64,000 bases of DNA from Candidatus Poribacteria bacterium (GTDB lineage Bacteria > Poribacteria > WGA-4E > WGA-3G), in the NCBI GenBank assembly GCA_965242965.1, contig OZ251518.1:3680001-3744000 (forward strand), in the 5' to 3' direction. Below are positions 1-10,563 of the stretch, piece after piece; position 1 is the stretch's first letter; the number at the start of each line of letters is the position of its first letter. The position numbers were made by a program, and so were the translations under genes. The notes under the pieces are model-generated. The model was not told where the DNA came from. It made no database searches and saw only the letters and a list, made by a program, of their open reading frames with translations.

Positions 1-185
1 CTTACCTACAGGCTGAAGAGACGTTTTTTTCCCCGTAGCGCGGGGGCCCTCGCCCTACGATGAAGGGGGGGCTTTCTGCCGCCGCGACCCCGGTAGGCGC
101 GCCGTCCTATTGCATCGAGACCAGGAGGTCTCTCCTACGGGGATTTATGAAACAAGTCAAATTATTTTCGCCAACATTTTTTCGC

Positions 186-214
186 TTGACATTTCATTGT
201 GAATCTGATAACAT
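186..214 (+). promoter_or_regulatory. Putative sigma70 promoter TTGACA-17nt-TAACAT
   Basis: TTGACA 186-191, TAACAT 209-214; the same pair recurs at 62593-62621. Confidence 0.5.
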
Positions 215-261
215 AGGAAAAATATCATCTTCATTTGCAGTAGGAGCAACACAGCAAAACC

Positions 262-1389
262 ATGACGAACTACGCTAAAGCCTCCGTGCATCCATCAGAA
301 CTTCGCGAATTTGACGATGCCCAAACGGGCGCGCATATCTATCAACTCACAAACGACGCATCCATCAACCACAACCTCTACTTTCTGACTTCCTCGTTCA
401 CGCCAGACCAGGGTTATCTCGTTTGGACATCCTATCGTTCTGGCAAACCGAACTTTTTTAAAGCGGCGTTTCCGGATGGCGATATCGTCCAACTCACCGA
501 TGCCGATGACATCCACGGCTACTCCGGCGTGATTGCCAAAGGTGGCACGCAACTCTTCTATACCCAAGCCGACGAGATTAAGGCGATTCATTTGGAGACG
601 CTGGCAGAACGGACGCTGGAAAAATTTCCCGGCGGCAGCCTCGGCGAGTGCAGTGTCAGTGCTGATGAAAAGTTTATCGTCACAGCGATGAAGCGTGATG
701 GCAAATCGCACATTACCATCACCGCAACCGATGGCAGCGGCGGCGAGGTTATCTATACGTCGCCGACACAGACGATTATCCACCCGCAGTTCCATCCGAA
801 ACACGCGGAACTCATCGCCTATTCCGGAGATCCAGCGCCGAGGATGTGGACTATCCACCGCGATGGCACAGAAAATCGGCAGCTCTATGAACACGATAAC
901 CACGAATTCCTCGTCCACGAAACCTTCCTCGGCGCGCAGGACGAACTGATTGTGACGCATTGGCCCTACGCGCTCCGCAGGTTCTCGTTGGAGACGTTGC
1001 AGATGCAGACAATCGCCGATTTCAACGCGTGGCACATCGCCAGCAACCGTGCCGGCACCAAAGTCTTGTGCGATACCGTGCATCCCGATATCGGTTTGCG
1101 CTTAGTCGATGTGGAAACGGGTGAGCATACGCCAATCTGCTATCCGCAAAGTTCGTCAAGCGGCAGCCAGTGGCAGACCGACCGGTACGCTCTCGCCGAA
1201 GATTGGGCGGCGGCACAACAGCAGGCAGATAGAGAGAAGGCACTTAGCTGGATGGAGATGAAGGTGGACACTGTTTACGGCCCGCAGTGGACGCATCCGC
1301 ATCCCTCCTTCAGTCCTGATGAGAAGGCGGTGGTGTATACGTCAGATATTTCGGGGCATTCCCAGGTCTACGTTGCGGAGATTCCGTGA
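262..1389 (+). CDS. Oligogalacturonate lyase (Ogl)-like beta-propeller protein
   Basis: 375 aa; HNLYFLTSSFTPD, HETF and C-terminal HPHPSFSPD..VVYTSD motifs; AGGAG SD upstream. Confidence 0.75.
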   Translation: MTNYAKASVHPSELREFDDAQTGAHIYQLTNDASINHNLYFLTSSFTPDQGYLVWTSYRSGKPNFFKAAFPDGDIVQLTDADDIHGYSGVIAKGGTQLFYTQADEIKAIHLETLAERTLEKFPGGSLGECSVSADEKFIVTAMKRDGKSHITITATDGSGGEVIYTSPTQTIIHPQFHPKHAELIAYSGDPAPRMWTIHRDGTENRQLYEHDNHEFLVHETFLGAQDELIVTHWPYALRRFSLETLQMQTIADFNAWHIASNRAGTKVLCDTVHPDIGLRLVDVETGEHTPICYPQSSSSGSQWQTDRYALAEDWAAAQQQADREKALSWMEMKVDTVYGPQWTHPHPSFSPDEKAVVYTSDISGHSQVYVAEIP

Positions 1390-1404
1390 ACAGCCTGTTG
1401 GCCC

Positions 1405-2112
1405 GAACAGACACTTGAACGAACGCGAGGGACAGGCCCTCGCGCTACGGTGAACAGGCGGTTTTTGTCTCGACCGGGGGCTCGCGAGGGACAGGCCCTC
1501 GCGCTACGGTGAAGGGGCGGCGTTGTTACCGTAGGGCGGGGGCCTGTCCCCCGCCATGCCACGCACGACGATGCAGCAGACTCTTATCCTGAAAATCTGG
1601 AAAATCGTGTAAATCCTGCTTCAGACTTGAACGCTCGCGAGGGACAGGCCCTCGCGCTACGGTGGAAGAGGTGGTTTGCGGTGAGACCGGGAGATCGCGA
1701 GGGACAGGCCCTCGCGCTACGGTGAAGTGGCGGTTTTGTTACCGTAGGGCGGGGGCCTGTCCCCCGCCAGGCCGCGCACGACGATGCAGCCGACTCTTAT
1801 CCTGAAAATCTTGATAATCGTGTAAATCCTGCTTCAGATTTGAACGATCACGAGGGACAGGCCCTCGCGCTACGGTGAAAAGGCGGTTTTTGTCTTGACC
1901 GGAGAATCGCGAGGGACAGGCCCTCGCGCTACGGTGAAAAGACAGTTTTCGTTATTCCCTTCTGTAGTTTGCGATCGCCTAATCGCAAACAGGTCAGGAT
2001 CAGGCGATCCTGACCTACAGAGGAGGAGCCCCTACGCGGGGGACAGGCCCCCGCGCTACGGGGCCTAAAACGATCGCGGGGGACAGGCCCCCGCGCTACG
2101 GGGCCTTAACAG
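1405..2112. repeat. Intergenic cluster of GTAG-type REP-like palindromes plus ATCCTGAAAATC..AAATCCTGCTTCAGA units
   Basis: Many copies of (C)GCGAGGGACAGGCCCTCGCGCTAC and CGTAGGGCGGGGGCCTGTCCCCCGCC; internal ~210-bp duplicated unit; similar cluster at 8330-8850. Confidence 0.85.
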
Positions 2113-2113
2113 T

Positions 2114-5100
2114 CTATTCCCGCTGTTTCACCTCACCGAACGTGGTCAGCATCCGATTTGACGCAGACACGGAACCGCGCAACAGACGCGTCGCTAACGT
2201 CGCCGGCTTACCATCAGACGCGACTTCTTCGATCTGATAGTAATACTCAACCCCAGGCTTCGCAGACGTATCCGTGAACGTGTAGGTTTGACGTTCACCG
2301 GTAGTGCCGGCACCGGCGATGAGCGCAGGATTCAAAAGCGTGAAACCGCTATCGCGTTTCAAACTGCGGCGCAGGTTGAAACCCGCGTTATCGACTTCCG
2401 ATTCGGTTGTCCATGTCAAGACGACAGCACCGGTTTCACTGCGCGTCATCGAGAAACTCGATAACTCCACCGGCAACGCGCCGCCGCGACGATGCCCCGG
2501 TGTGCCGATGTCATCCGCATCACCCCAGTGGAGCGCATCACTGCTAGAAGCGACTTTCTTGACACGCGCCGCCAAGACCCAACTCGACCTCTTTTGCCCC
2601 GGTTCCGCCGCCGAGGTGCCCTCGGTGTAACGCCGAATGACAGAACTCCGCGAACCTTCCTCGCTACTCAACGGTAATGCCCAGGCCGGTGCATCGTCCG
2701 AATGCCTGTTGCTGTCCCTATTCCCGACTTCGTCGACGAGATGCCCATTTCTATCGGTGAGTTTCAGGTAGAACCCCTCCATACTCAAGAAGGTATCCTG
2801 CGCACGCTTGATACGCAGATTCTTCTCGTGTAATGCAAGCAGGTCGTAAACTCTGTCAGTCGGCAGATACGAGTCTGACGACGCACGCGCCGGGCCCGCG
2901 ACAATTAAGAGCGTCTGATTCGGTTGAATTATTTTTTCCTTCAACGTCAACGTCACAACCGGTCTGCCGACTAAGTCCTCAGAATCGACATTCTGGATTT
3001 CCAGTTTCCAGCGGTTCAGGTTGAGTGCTTCCGTTTTCGAGGCATTATACAGCTCAATCCACTGCGGCAGTTTACCGTCCGCTGAATCCACCATGAGTTC
3101 ACTGAAGGTGACACTGCCCTTCGGCGTGGCAGCCACCGGTTTCACGGCATCGTTAGGATAACCGGGTGTGCCGGCTGTCGCCGGTGAGGTTTCTGTTACC
3201 CTATCATAGCCGACCCCGGTGTAGGCGGCCTGCATCCAGGCATCTTTGTGGTAGCCGACGCTGTCCGCCTTCGCGCGCCGCCATACCTTGCCTCCTGTAA
3301 AAGCCGCCTCGGTGTCCTCACGGGGATGTGCTGTCGCTTTCAAGGGCCAGATATCTGTCTGGAACGCGTCTCCTTTGTCTGCGATAAAGGCATCCGTATC
3401 GGGTCCGCCGCCGCCAGCGACATCAATCACGTTCTCCCCTTTGCCCAGTTTCCCCGTCGCATTGCGGAGAATCAAGAGGAACTGGCCATCATCGGGCAGC
3501 GTCAAATCAGGCGCGACGAAATAGTGATGCACTGCACCTGTCTTGCCGGGGTTCGCGATGTCAATCCCCCCTGCAAGCCGTGTTTTCTCCGGCGGCCGCC
3601 GCGTGATGAGCAAAATGCCATTCGGCGGGATGCGAAACGCCGCATCCGATGGAAATCTCACGAGTGGTTTGTCTACTTTCTCTCCATCGGTGACGATGCT
3701 GATGCCCCAGTTTTTCAACGGCACCGCCTCCGCCGTGACGTTCCGGAGTTCCAGCCAATCGTTGGCACCCGAAGCACCGTTGCCGAGTTCGTTGAAAATC
3801 AACGGCGTGCGCGGCATCTGTGTCGATTTCACGGGTTCCACTGTCTCTGGCGGCAGAAATACCACAGGCGCGCCCAGCACAGGCACCTCCTGTGTCAACG
3901 GCGCAACCGGCTCCTGCGGCTGACCGGGCGCGGGCTGCGTCGTTTCCCCCGGAAACGCCACGATGCCGCTAGGACCTCTGTCAGGCAGGGCATCGGTACC
4001 AGCAGGTTCGCCTGTCACTATCGCACTCACGCCATTCGTGATGGGGGCAGTCTCCGGCACGACGAGACGCGGCTCCCAATGGACCACGTTCGCAACGTCA
4101 TCCGACTGCACTTCATAGGCAAACGTGACAACGGTGGAATTCGCATCCCGCGCCGACTGCCAATAGGCGCGCCGCTGATTCGCCACCGTGCGCTCGCCTA
4201 AATAGAGCACGATATACGGCCGATTTGTAATATCCACATTCGCAGGGATATCTACATTGTCATCGTCAAATGTCAACTCAAGGGAGAGTTCACTACCGAC
4301 GATATATCCTGTCGCCGGGGGCGGCACCACGGTGACATTGGTTATTACCGGCGGCGTATTGTAAATCACCACCAACGGCGAGGCAGCACCGCCATAGGTA
4401 TCGCCTGCTGCAGTGGCAACACTGCCACTTTTCACCTGGAACGTGTAAGTGCCTTCCGCTGACACGGTGACAGGCACCGTATAACGCGCATCCGCCGATT
4501 CAGCACGCGTCAATTCACCGAACGTCGCTGTCCCCGCGCCACTGACGTTGATGTCTGAGACGCTAAACGCCCCATCTCCAACGGCGGCAAGGGGCTTCGA
4601 GAAATCGAACGTCACTGTCCAACTCGGTTCACTTGTCACGCGTCTTCCTTCTGTCAACGCAACCGAACTCTCAAGCACCAGCTCGACAGACATATCGTCG
4701 ACAGCGGTAACGGTAATCGCGAGACGCTGCGTCTTGATTAAGCGCCGGTCACCTGTCCCACTCGTCGCCGTAATGAAGACAATATAGGTGTTGTTGCCCG
4801 CCGCATCCGCCGCATCTTCCGGATCAGACGACATGTGCGCAACATCTGTCGGATTGCCATAATCTGGCGATACGCGAAACCGCAAGACACCGCTGCTCGC
4901 ATCAAACGTGAAGGCACCGCTATCTGTCCCGCTCAGCGTATACCCCATAATCTCATCGGCGGGATCGCCGTCCATCGCAACGACAGTGACGACAGGCGTG
5001 TCCGCCGGGGTATTCTCTGCCACAGTGACAGCAGCACTACTGCTGAAAACCGGCGGGTCGTTATCCTGCGGCACCGCCGTAACGGCATCCGACCAGGGCC

Positions 5101-8100
5101 CCGACCCCTCTGCATTCGTCGCGCGCACCTGAATCTCATGAAGCACATGCTGTGTCAACCCGGTAAGCACCGTGGCAGTGCCGGTGCCAGTGAAACCTGC
5201 ATCCGTGAATGCACCACTGCGCCCTTGCCGATACCGCACATCGTAACCCGTAATCGCCAACCCCGTGTCCGCCGGTGCTGTCCACTGAATGCTCACCGAA
5301 GTCAGCGTCATCTCCGTCAGGCCCGGGGCAGCCAGCTTCGGAGGGATCTCCACATTCGTCACAGTCACAACGAGCGTTTTCTGCGTCGTGAGTCGACGGC
5401 CGGGAGCACCACTCTGCGCTTGAACCACCACGACATACTCATTATTTCCCGCCGCATTCGCGGGTGCGGTGCTCAAAACGTCTTGCGCATTTTCAAAATC
5501 CGGTGCCGTTGTGAACGTCAACTCACCTGTCGTCTCATTAATCGAAAACTGCGCGCTATCCGCACCGCTAATCGCATAACTCACCGTATCGGTAACCACC
5601 GTATCCGCATCCGTCGCCGAGGCGGTTGTCACCGCGGTGCTATTTTCCGCAACATCGAATTCCGTCGTGGTATCGTCGAAAACCGGTGCAACGTTCGCCG
5701 CCGTGGTCCTACTGCCAGAATTAGACCAGAGTCCGGTGCCCTCTGCATTCGTCGCGCGCACCTGCACCTGATACGCTGTCCCCGGCGTTAAACTTGACAA
5801 CGTCGTGGAAGTGCCAGTGCCAGTGAAACCTGCATCTTGCCACATGCCGGCAGGCGGACCCGTCGTCCGATACTGCACATCGTAATCCGTAATCGCCGGC
5901 TTGCCGGTGTTCGTCGGCGCACTCCACGTCACGCTCAACTGCGTCGGCGTGGCATCCGCCGCTGTCACCGTCGGTGCAGCAGGTTTCAAGGGCGGCTCGT
6001 TCACATCCGTAACGGTGACGGTGAGCGTCTTACTCTCCGACAGCGCACGAGCACCTGTCCCACTCGATGCCGTGACTATCACGATATACTCATTATTTCC
6101 CGCCGCATTTGACGGATTGGCACTCACGACATCTTGCGCATCTTCAAAATCCGGTGCCGATGTGAATGTCACCGCGCCGCTAGACGCATTGATGGAGAAC
6201 TTCGCGCTATCCGCGCCACCACTAATCGCATAACTCACCACATCGGTAACCACCGTATCCGCATCCGTCGCCGAGGCGGTTGTCACCGTGGTGCTATTCT
6301 CCGCAACATTGAATGCCGTTGTGGCAACGTCAAAAGCCGGTGGAGCATTCGCCGCCGTGGTCGCATCGCCAGAATTAGACCAGGCCCCTGTCCCCTCTGC
6401 ATTCGTCGCGCGCACCTGCACCTGATACGCTGTATTCGGCGTTAACCCGGTTATCGTTGCTGTTCTGGTGGTACCGGTGTGTGCATGACTCGTGAACCCC
6501 CCAGAAGTCCCCGCGCGATACTGCACATCGTAATCCGATATTGCCGGCTTGCCGGTGTTCGTCGGCGCACTCCACGTCACGCTCAACTCTGTCGGCGTAG
6601 CTGGTGCCGCTGTCACCATCGGTGCATCAGGTTTTGAGGGCGGCTCGTTCACATCCGTAACGGTGACAGTGAGCGTCTTGTTCACCGACAGCGCACGGGC
6701 ATTTGCCCCACTCGATGCCGTGACTGTCACCACATACACGTTATTCCCCGCCGCATTTGACGGATTGGCACTCACGACATCTTGCGCATCTTCAAAATCC
6801 GGTGCCGAAGTGAATGTCACCGCGCCGCTAGACGCATTGATGGAGAACTTCGCGCTATCCGCGCCACCACTAATCGCATAACTCACCACATCGGTAACCA
6901 CCGTATCCGCATCCGTCGCCGAGGCGGTTGTCACCGTGGTGCTATTTTCCGCAACATTGAATGCCGTTGTGGCAACGTCAAAAGCCGGTGGAGCATTCGC
7001 CGCCGTGGTCGCATCGCGAGAATTAGACCAGAGTCCGGTGCCCTCGTCATTCTTCGCACGCACCTGCACCTGATACGCTGTCCCTGCCGTTAACCCTGTC
7101 AACGTCGTGGAAGTGCCAGTGCCATTGAAACCTGCATCTTGCCACATGCCGGCAGGCGGACCCGTTGTGCGATACTGCACATCGTAATCCGTAATCGCCG
7201 GACCCGTGTTCGCAGGTGCACTCCAAGTCACGCTTAATTGCGTCGGCGTTGCATTCGCCGCTGTCACCATCGGTGCAGTCGGCGCAGACGGTGCCTCAGT
7301 TGTCACATCCGTGACGGTGATAGTGAACGTCTGCGTGGCAGTTTGCGTCGGCAGCGTATAAGGCGTATTGTCAGTATCACTAGTCTGGTAGTTGGTAGAG
7401 CTGGGGTTAGTGCTGGAGGCAGTGACGATAACGATATATTCGTTGTTCCCCGCCGCACTGATCGGATTTTCAAAGTTTGGCACGGCGACAAATCGCAATC
7501 TGTCGTTCCCGGTCCCCGCAATCGTAAACCGCGCGCCATCTGCGCCCCCGCCGGTCGCCGTAATGGCATAAGTCACCGTATGATCCGTATTGCCATCGGT
7601 GGCTGCCAAGGTAGCGATGTCCGTAGACGTAGTTGTCCCTTCCGCTATGGAAAGCGTTTGGGTGGCTGCAGAAAACGTCGGTGCCAGGTCATGATAGACT
7701 AGAAGTACCTTTGTGGTGGGTGCGGCGAGAGTATCACCACTATTATCGGCTGCTTCAATTGTTGGACTAGAACCGAGGAACGCGTTAATCTGAAAGGCAG
7801 CTGTGCTTGTTGGAGTAATCGTCGTTTTCCAGACTTTTTGATTGGTGGAATCTTCCTGCGGCGTGGTGAAGGTTCCTCCAACAAAAGAAAAGTGGTTGTT
7901 CCCAAGCCCAGTGATTCTCTCTGAAAAGGTTATTTCAAGCGTAAAGGAACCGGTTACCCGACGCGCGAGGCGGATACTTTGGCCGACACGGTATCCAAAC
8001 GCATCACCAACCTTGGCTCCGGATGCCGATAACGTATAGGTGATGTCGGCGGCGGCGTGCGCGGTGGACGGTGCCAGCCAGGGTAGCATGCCGATGCACA

Positions 8101-8122
8101 GCAGGAGCAGACAGCCTAACAA
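2114..8122 (-). CDS. Giant secreted surface protein: Ig-like, alternating cadherin/fibronectin type III repeats, two lamin-tail domains, LPVELSSF-type Ig domain, C-terminal LTTFGEVK motif; probable real start 8202 via frameshift
   Basis: 2002 aa; cadherin motifs (VAEN, DAD, PDFE), Fn3 motifs (VTWSAP, YDVQYR, YQVQVRA), IFNEL/FSELM..WIELYN LTD motifs, GTPG; signal peptide ending AHA. Confidence 0.85.
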   Translation of the reverse strand: MLGCLLLLCIGMLPWLAPSTAHAAADITYTLSASGAKVGDAFGYRVGQSIRLARRVTGSFTLEITFSERITGLGNNHFSFVGGTFTTPQEDSTNQKVWKTTITPTSTAAFQINAFLGSSPTIEAADNSGDTLAAPTTKVLLVYHDLAPTFSAATQTLSIAEGTTTSTDIATLAATDGNTDHTVTYAITATGGGADGARFTIAGTGNDRLRFVAVPNFENPISAAGNNEYIVIVTASSTNPSSTNYQTSDTDNTPYTLPTQTATQTFTITVTDVTTEAPSAPTAPMVTAANATPTQLSVTWSAPANTGPAITDYDVQYRTTGPPAGMWQDAGFNGTGTSTTLTGLTAGTAYQVQVRAKNDEGTGLWSNSRDATTAANAPPAFDVATTAFNVAENSTTVTTASATDADTVVTDVVSYAISGGADSAKFSINASSGAVTFTSAPDFEDAQDVVSANPSNAAGNNVYVVTVTASSGANARALSVNKTLTVTVTDVNEPPSKPDAPMVTAAPATPTELSVTWSAPTNTGKPAISDYDVQYRAGTSGGFTSHAHTGTTRTATITGLTPNTAYQVQVRATNAEGTGAWSNSGDATTAANAPPAFDVATTAFNVAENSTTVTTASATDADTVVTDVVSYAISGGADSAKFSINASSGAVTFTSAPDFEDAQDVVSANPSNAAGNNEYIVIVTASSGTGARALSESKTLTVTVTDVNEPPLKPAAPTVTAADATPTQLSVTWSAPTNTGKPAITDYDVQYRTTGPPAGMWQDAGFTGTGTSTTLSSLTPGTAYQVQVRATNAEGTGLWSNSGSRTTAANVAPVFDDTTTEFDVAENSTAVTTASATDADTVVTDTVSYAISGADSAQFSINETTGELTFTTAPDFENAQDVLSTAPANAAGNNEYVVVVQAQSGAPGRRLTTQKTLVVTVTNVEIPPKLAAPGLTEMTLTSVSIQWTAPADTGLAITGYDVRYRQGRSGAFTDAGFTGTGTATVLTGLTQHVLHEIQVRATNAEGSGPWSDAVTAVPQDNDPPVFSSSAAVTVAENTPADTPVVTVVAMDGDPADEIMGYTLSGTDSGAFTFDASSGVLRFRVSPDYGNPTDVAHMSSDPEDAADAAGNNTYIVFITATSGTGDRRLIKTQRLAITVTAVDDMSVELVLESSVALTEGRRVTSEPSWTVTFDFSKPLAAVGDGAFSVSDINVSGAGTATFGELTRAESADARYTVPVTVSAEGTYTFQVKSGSVATAAGDTYGGAASPLVVIYNTPPVITNVTVVPPPATGYIVGSELSLELTFDDDNVDIPANVDITNRPYIVLYLGERTVANQRRAYWQSARDANSTVVTFAYEVQSDDVANVVHWEPRLVVPETAPITNGVSAIVTGEPAGTDALPDRGPSGIVAFPGETTQPAPGQPQEPVAPLTQEVPVLGAPVVFLPPETVEPVKSTQMPRTPLIFNELGNGASGANDWLELRNVTAEAVPLKNWGISIVTDGEKVDKPLVRFPSDAAFRIPPNGILLITRRPPEKTRLAGGIDIANPGKTGAVHHYFVAPDLTLPDDGQFLLILRNATGKLGKGENVIDVAGGGGPDTDAFIADKGDAFQTDIWPLKATAHPREDTEAAFTGGKVWRRAKADSVGYHKDAWMQAAYTGVGYDRVTETSPATAGTPGYPNDAVKPVAATPKGSVTFSELMVDSADGKLPQWIELYNASKTEALNLNRWKLEIQNVDSEDLVGRPVVTLTLKEKIIQPNQTLLIVAGPARASSDSYLPTDRVYDLLALHEKNLRIKRAQDTFLSMEGFYLKLTDRNGHLVDEVGNRDSNRHSDDAPAWALPLSSEEGSRSSVIRRYTEGTSAAEPGQKRSSWVLAARVKKVASSSDALHWGDADDIGTPGHRRGGALPVELSSFSMTRSETGAVVLTWTTESEVDNAGFNLRRSLKRDSGFTLLNPALIAGAGTTGERQTYTFTDTSAKPGVEYYYQIEEVASDGKPATLATRLLRGSVSASNRMLTTFGEVKQRE
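5480..7260 (-). repeat. Near-identical intragenic Fn3+cadherin DNA repeats (~650-bp period)
   Basis: 6100-6380 closely matches 6760-7030, and 5720-5900 closely matches 7025-7200. Confidence 0.85.
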
Positions 8123-8271
8123 CTGCTTCGGAGTTGCTAAAGGGTATACTTCACGTATGTCGTGAAGGGGGGGGGTCTTTTGTGATATTCGGTAACATTC
8201 ATTGTTTCTCCTTTATCTATATTTTGGCTATTGGGTAGGTGGTTTCTCCTACCGTAGCGGCGTTGATAGAT

Positions 8272-8300
8272 ATAATATCATAAATACGTAAAAATGTCAA
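8272..8300 (-). promoter_or_regulatory. Putative sigma70 promoter of the giant surface-protein gene
   Basis: Minus-strand TTGACA (8300-8295)-17nt-TATTAT (8277-8272). Confidence 0.5.
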
Positions 8301-8857
8301 ATTTTTTTCGTTTTGTTTAATTTTCGTTATCGTAGCATTGCGGGTGAATGGGCGGTTTTCGTCTCGACCGGCGCCTCGCGAGGGACAGGCCCTCGCGCTA
8401 CGGTGGAAGAAACGTTCCTGTTACCGTAGGGCGGGGGCCTGTCCCTCGCCATGCCGCGAACGACGATGCAGCAGATCTCTTATCCTGAAAATCTTGAAAA
8501 ATCTTGTAAATCCTGCTTCAGACACTTGAACGCTCGCGAGGGACAGGCCCTCGCGCTCCGGTGAATGGACGGTTTTCGTTGTTCCCTTCTGTAGTTTGCG
8601 ATCGCCTGATCGCAAACGGGTCAGGATCAGGCGATCCTGACCTACAGAGGAGGAACCCCTGCGCCTGTCCCCCGCCATGCCGCGCATGACGATGCAGCCG
8701 CTCTCTTATCCTGAAAATCTTGAAAAATCTTGGAAATCCTGCTTCAGATTTGAACGCTCGCGAGGGAAACCCGCTCGCCTGCGCGTATGGCATCCGAGGG
8801 CCCCCGCGCTACGGTATCCGGAACGGTTACGGGAAAAAACGTCACCCCTCAATTACG

Positions 8858-10102
8858 CTAACTCCACAATCTATCATGCGAACGTTCCGAATCCCATTCA
8901 GTCGTCGGCGGAAAGTATTGCGGGGCATCCGGATGCAGATGCTCCCGAATCACCTCTTCGTTGAGCTCAATGCCTAACCCCGGCGTGTCAGGGACAGTGA
9001 TGTGGCCATCTTGGATGATAGGGTTCGGCAAACCTGTCACCATGTCATCCCACCACGGGTTATCAACAGAGTGGTTTTCCAAGACGAGGAAGTTTGAAGT
9101 CGCCGCGGCGCAATGGACGCTCGCCATCGCACAGACCGGGGTGCCTGCCATGTGGAGTGCCATCGCGATGCCGTGTTCCTCCGCCAAATCGCCGATTTTC
9201 TTCGTCTCTAAAATCCCACCCGATGTGGCAATATCCGGATGACAAACCGAAATCGCCCGTTTTTCAAACAGCGGCATGAAGTCCTCTTTGCAATAAATGT
9301 CCTCACCGGTGCAAATCGGTGTCGCACACGAGTTGGAAAGACGGACATACTGCTCCGTGTATTGCCACGGCACCATATCTTCCAGCCACGCGAGGTTATA
9401 TTTCTCCAACGCCCGCGCGAGGCGGATGCAGTCCTCAATGCCGATGTGTCCGAAGTGATCTACGGCGAGCGGCACCTCATAATCAATAATCGCTCTGACG
9501 AGCTCAACATACTCCGACAAAATCTGGATGCCTTTGTCGCTGATGCGGATACCGGTGAACGGATGCATCAGGTCATGCGTGTCTAAGCTGCCGCTCGGTG
9601 CGGCGAGCGCGCCGCGGATACCGCGAAGCAAGCCAATCCCGAGGTCCATCTTCAGGAAGGTGAACCCGCTGTCAATCCGTTCTTGGAGTTTCGCGCCCAT
9701 ATCCCCCGCGTCTTTGAGGGACGGCGTATCGCTATAACATCGGATTTTGTCGCGGAATTTCCCGCCGGCGAGTTGATAACACGGCACGCCGTATGCCTTC
9801 CCCGCCAAATCCATGAGTGCCATCTCGATACCGCACACGCCGCCGCCTTGCCGCCCGTGGTGCCCGAACTGCTTAATCTTTCGGAAGATTTTATCGACGT
9901 TGCACGGGTTTTCGCCCAGGATGCGGTTTTTGAGCATCAGTGCATACGTTGGGCTTGCGCCATCGCGGACCTCGCCGAGTCCGGAAATGTCTTGATTCGT
10001 CTCCAATTTCACGATGGGACCGCCTACCTGCGTCCTGACGAGACGCATGTCCGTGATTTTCAGTTCTGAAGGACGTGAGGCGGTGTTTACATTTTCTAAC
10101 AT
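8858..10102 (-). CDS. Mandelate racemase/muconate lactonizing enzyme family protein (enolase superfamily)
   Basis: GIEMALMDLAGKAYGVP, KMD, WLED, TGE, HPD motifs; start moved to ATG 10102 (AGGAGA SD) because the longer ORF start lies in REP sequence. Confidence 0.85.
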   Translation of the reverse strand: MLENVNTASRPSELKITDMRLVRTQVGGPIVKLETNQDISGLGEVRDGASPTYALMLKNRILGENPCNVDKIFRKIKQFGHHGRQGGGVCGIEMALMDLAGKAYGVPCYQLAGGKFRDKIRCYSDTPSLKDAGDMGAKLQERIDSGFTFLKMDLGIGLLRGIRGALAAPSGSLDTHDLMHPFTGIRISDKGIQILSEYVELVRAIIDYEVPLAVDHFGHIGIEDCIRLARALEKYNLAWLEDMVPWQYTEQYVRLSNSCATPICTGEDIYCKEDFMPLFEKRAISVCHPDIATSGGILETKKIGDLAEEHGIAMALHMAGTPVCAMASVHCAAATSNFLVLENHSVDNPWWDDMVTGLPNPIIQDGHITVPDTPGLGIELNEEVIREHLHPDAPQYFPPTTEWDSERSHDRLWS

Positions 10103-10563
10103 AAGACATAGTCTCCTGATAGTCTGTTGCTCTCCCCGTAGGAGAGCCCTCCTGGTCTCGATTTTGCCCGTAGCGCGGGGGGCCTCGGATGCCATACGCG
10201 CATCCGAGAGGGTTTCCCCCGCGATCGTTCGTTAGACCGGTGCATGGCGAGGGACAGGCCCTCGCCCTACGGTGCGGGGTGACGTTTTTCACCGTAACCG
10301 TTCCGGATACCGTAGCGCGGGGGCCTGTCCCCCGCGATCGTTCGGTAGACCGGTGCATGGCGAGCGGGTTCCCCTCGCCATCCTTCGCTCGCCAGGCCCT
10401 GTAGGTCAGGATCGCCTGATCCTGACCCGTTCGGGAGCGGGCGCTCCCGAACTACAGAGGTGGGCCCGATGGTTGTTGTATCGGGACAAGGATGTCCCTC
10501 CTACGGTAGGCGAGCCCTCCTGGTCTCGATGCAATAGGACAAACCTCCCTATCTCAATCCCAT

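Noticed and set aside
10103-10195. Extended N-termini in the ORF track (also 13420-13491, 36481-36558, 39971-40189, 57442-57549)
   Set aside because: The extensions run through REP sequence or overlap neighbours; SD-preceded downstream ATGs fit better
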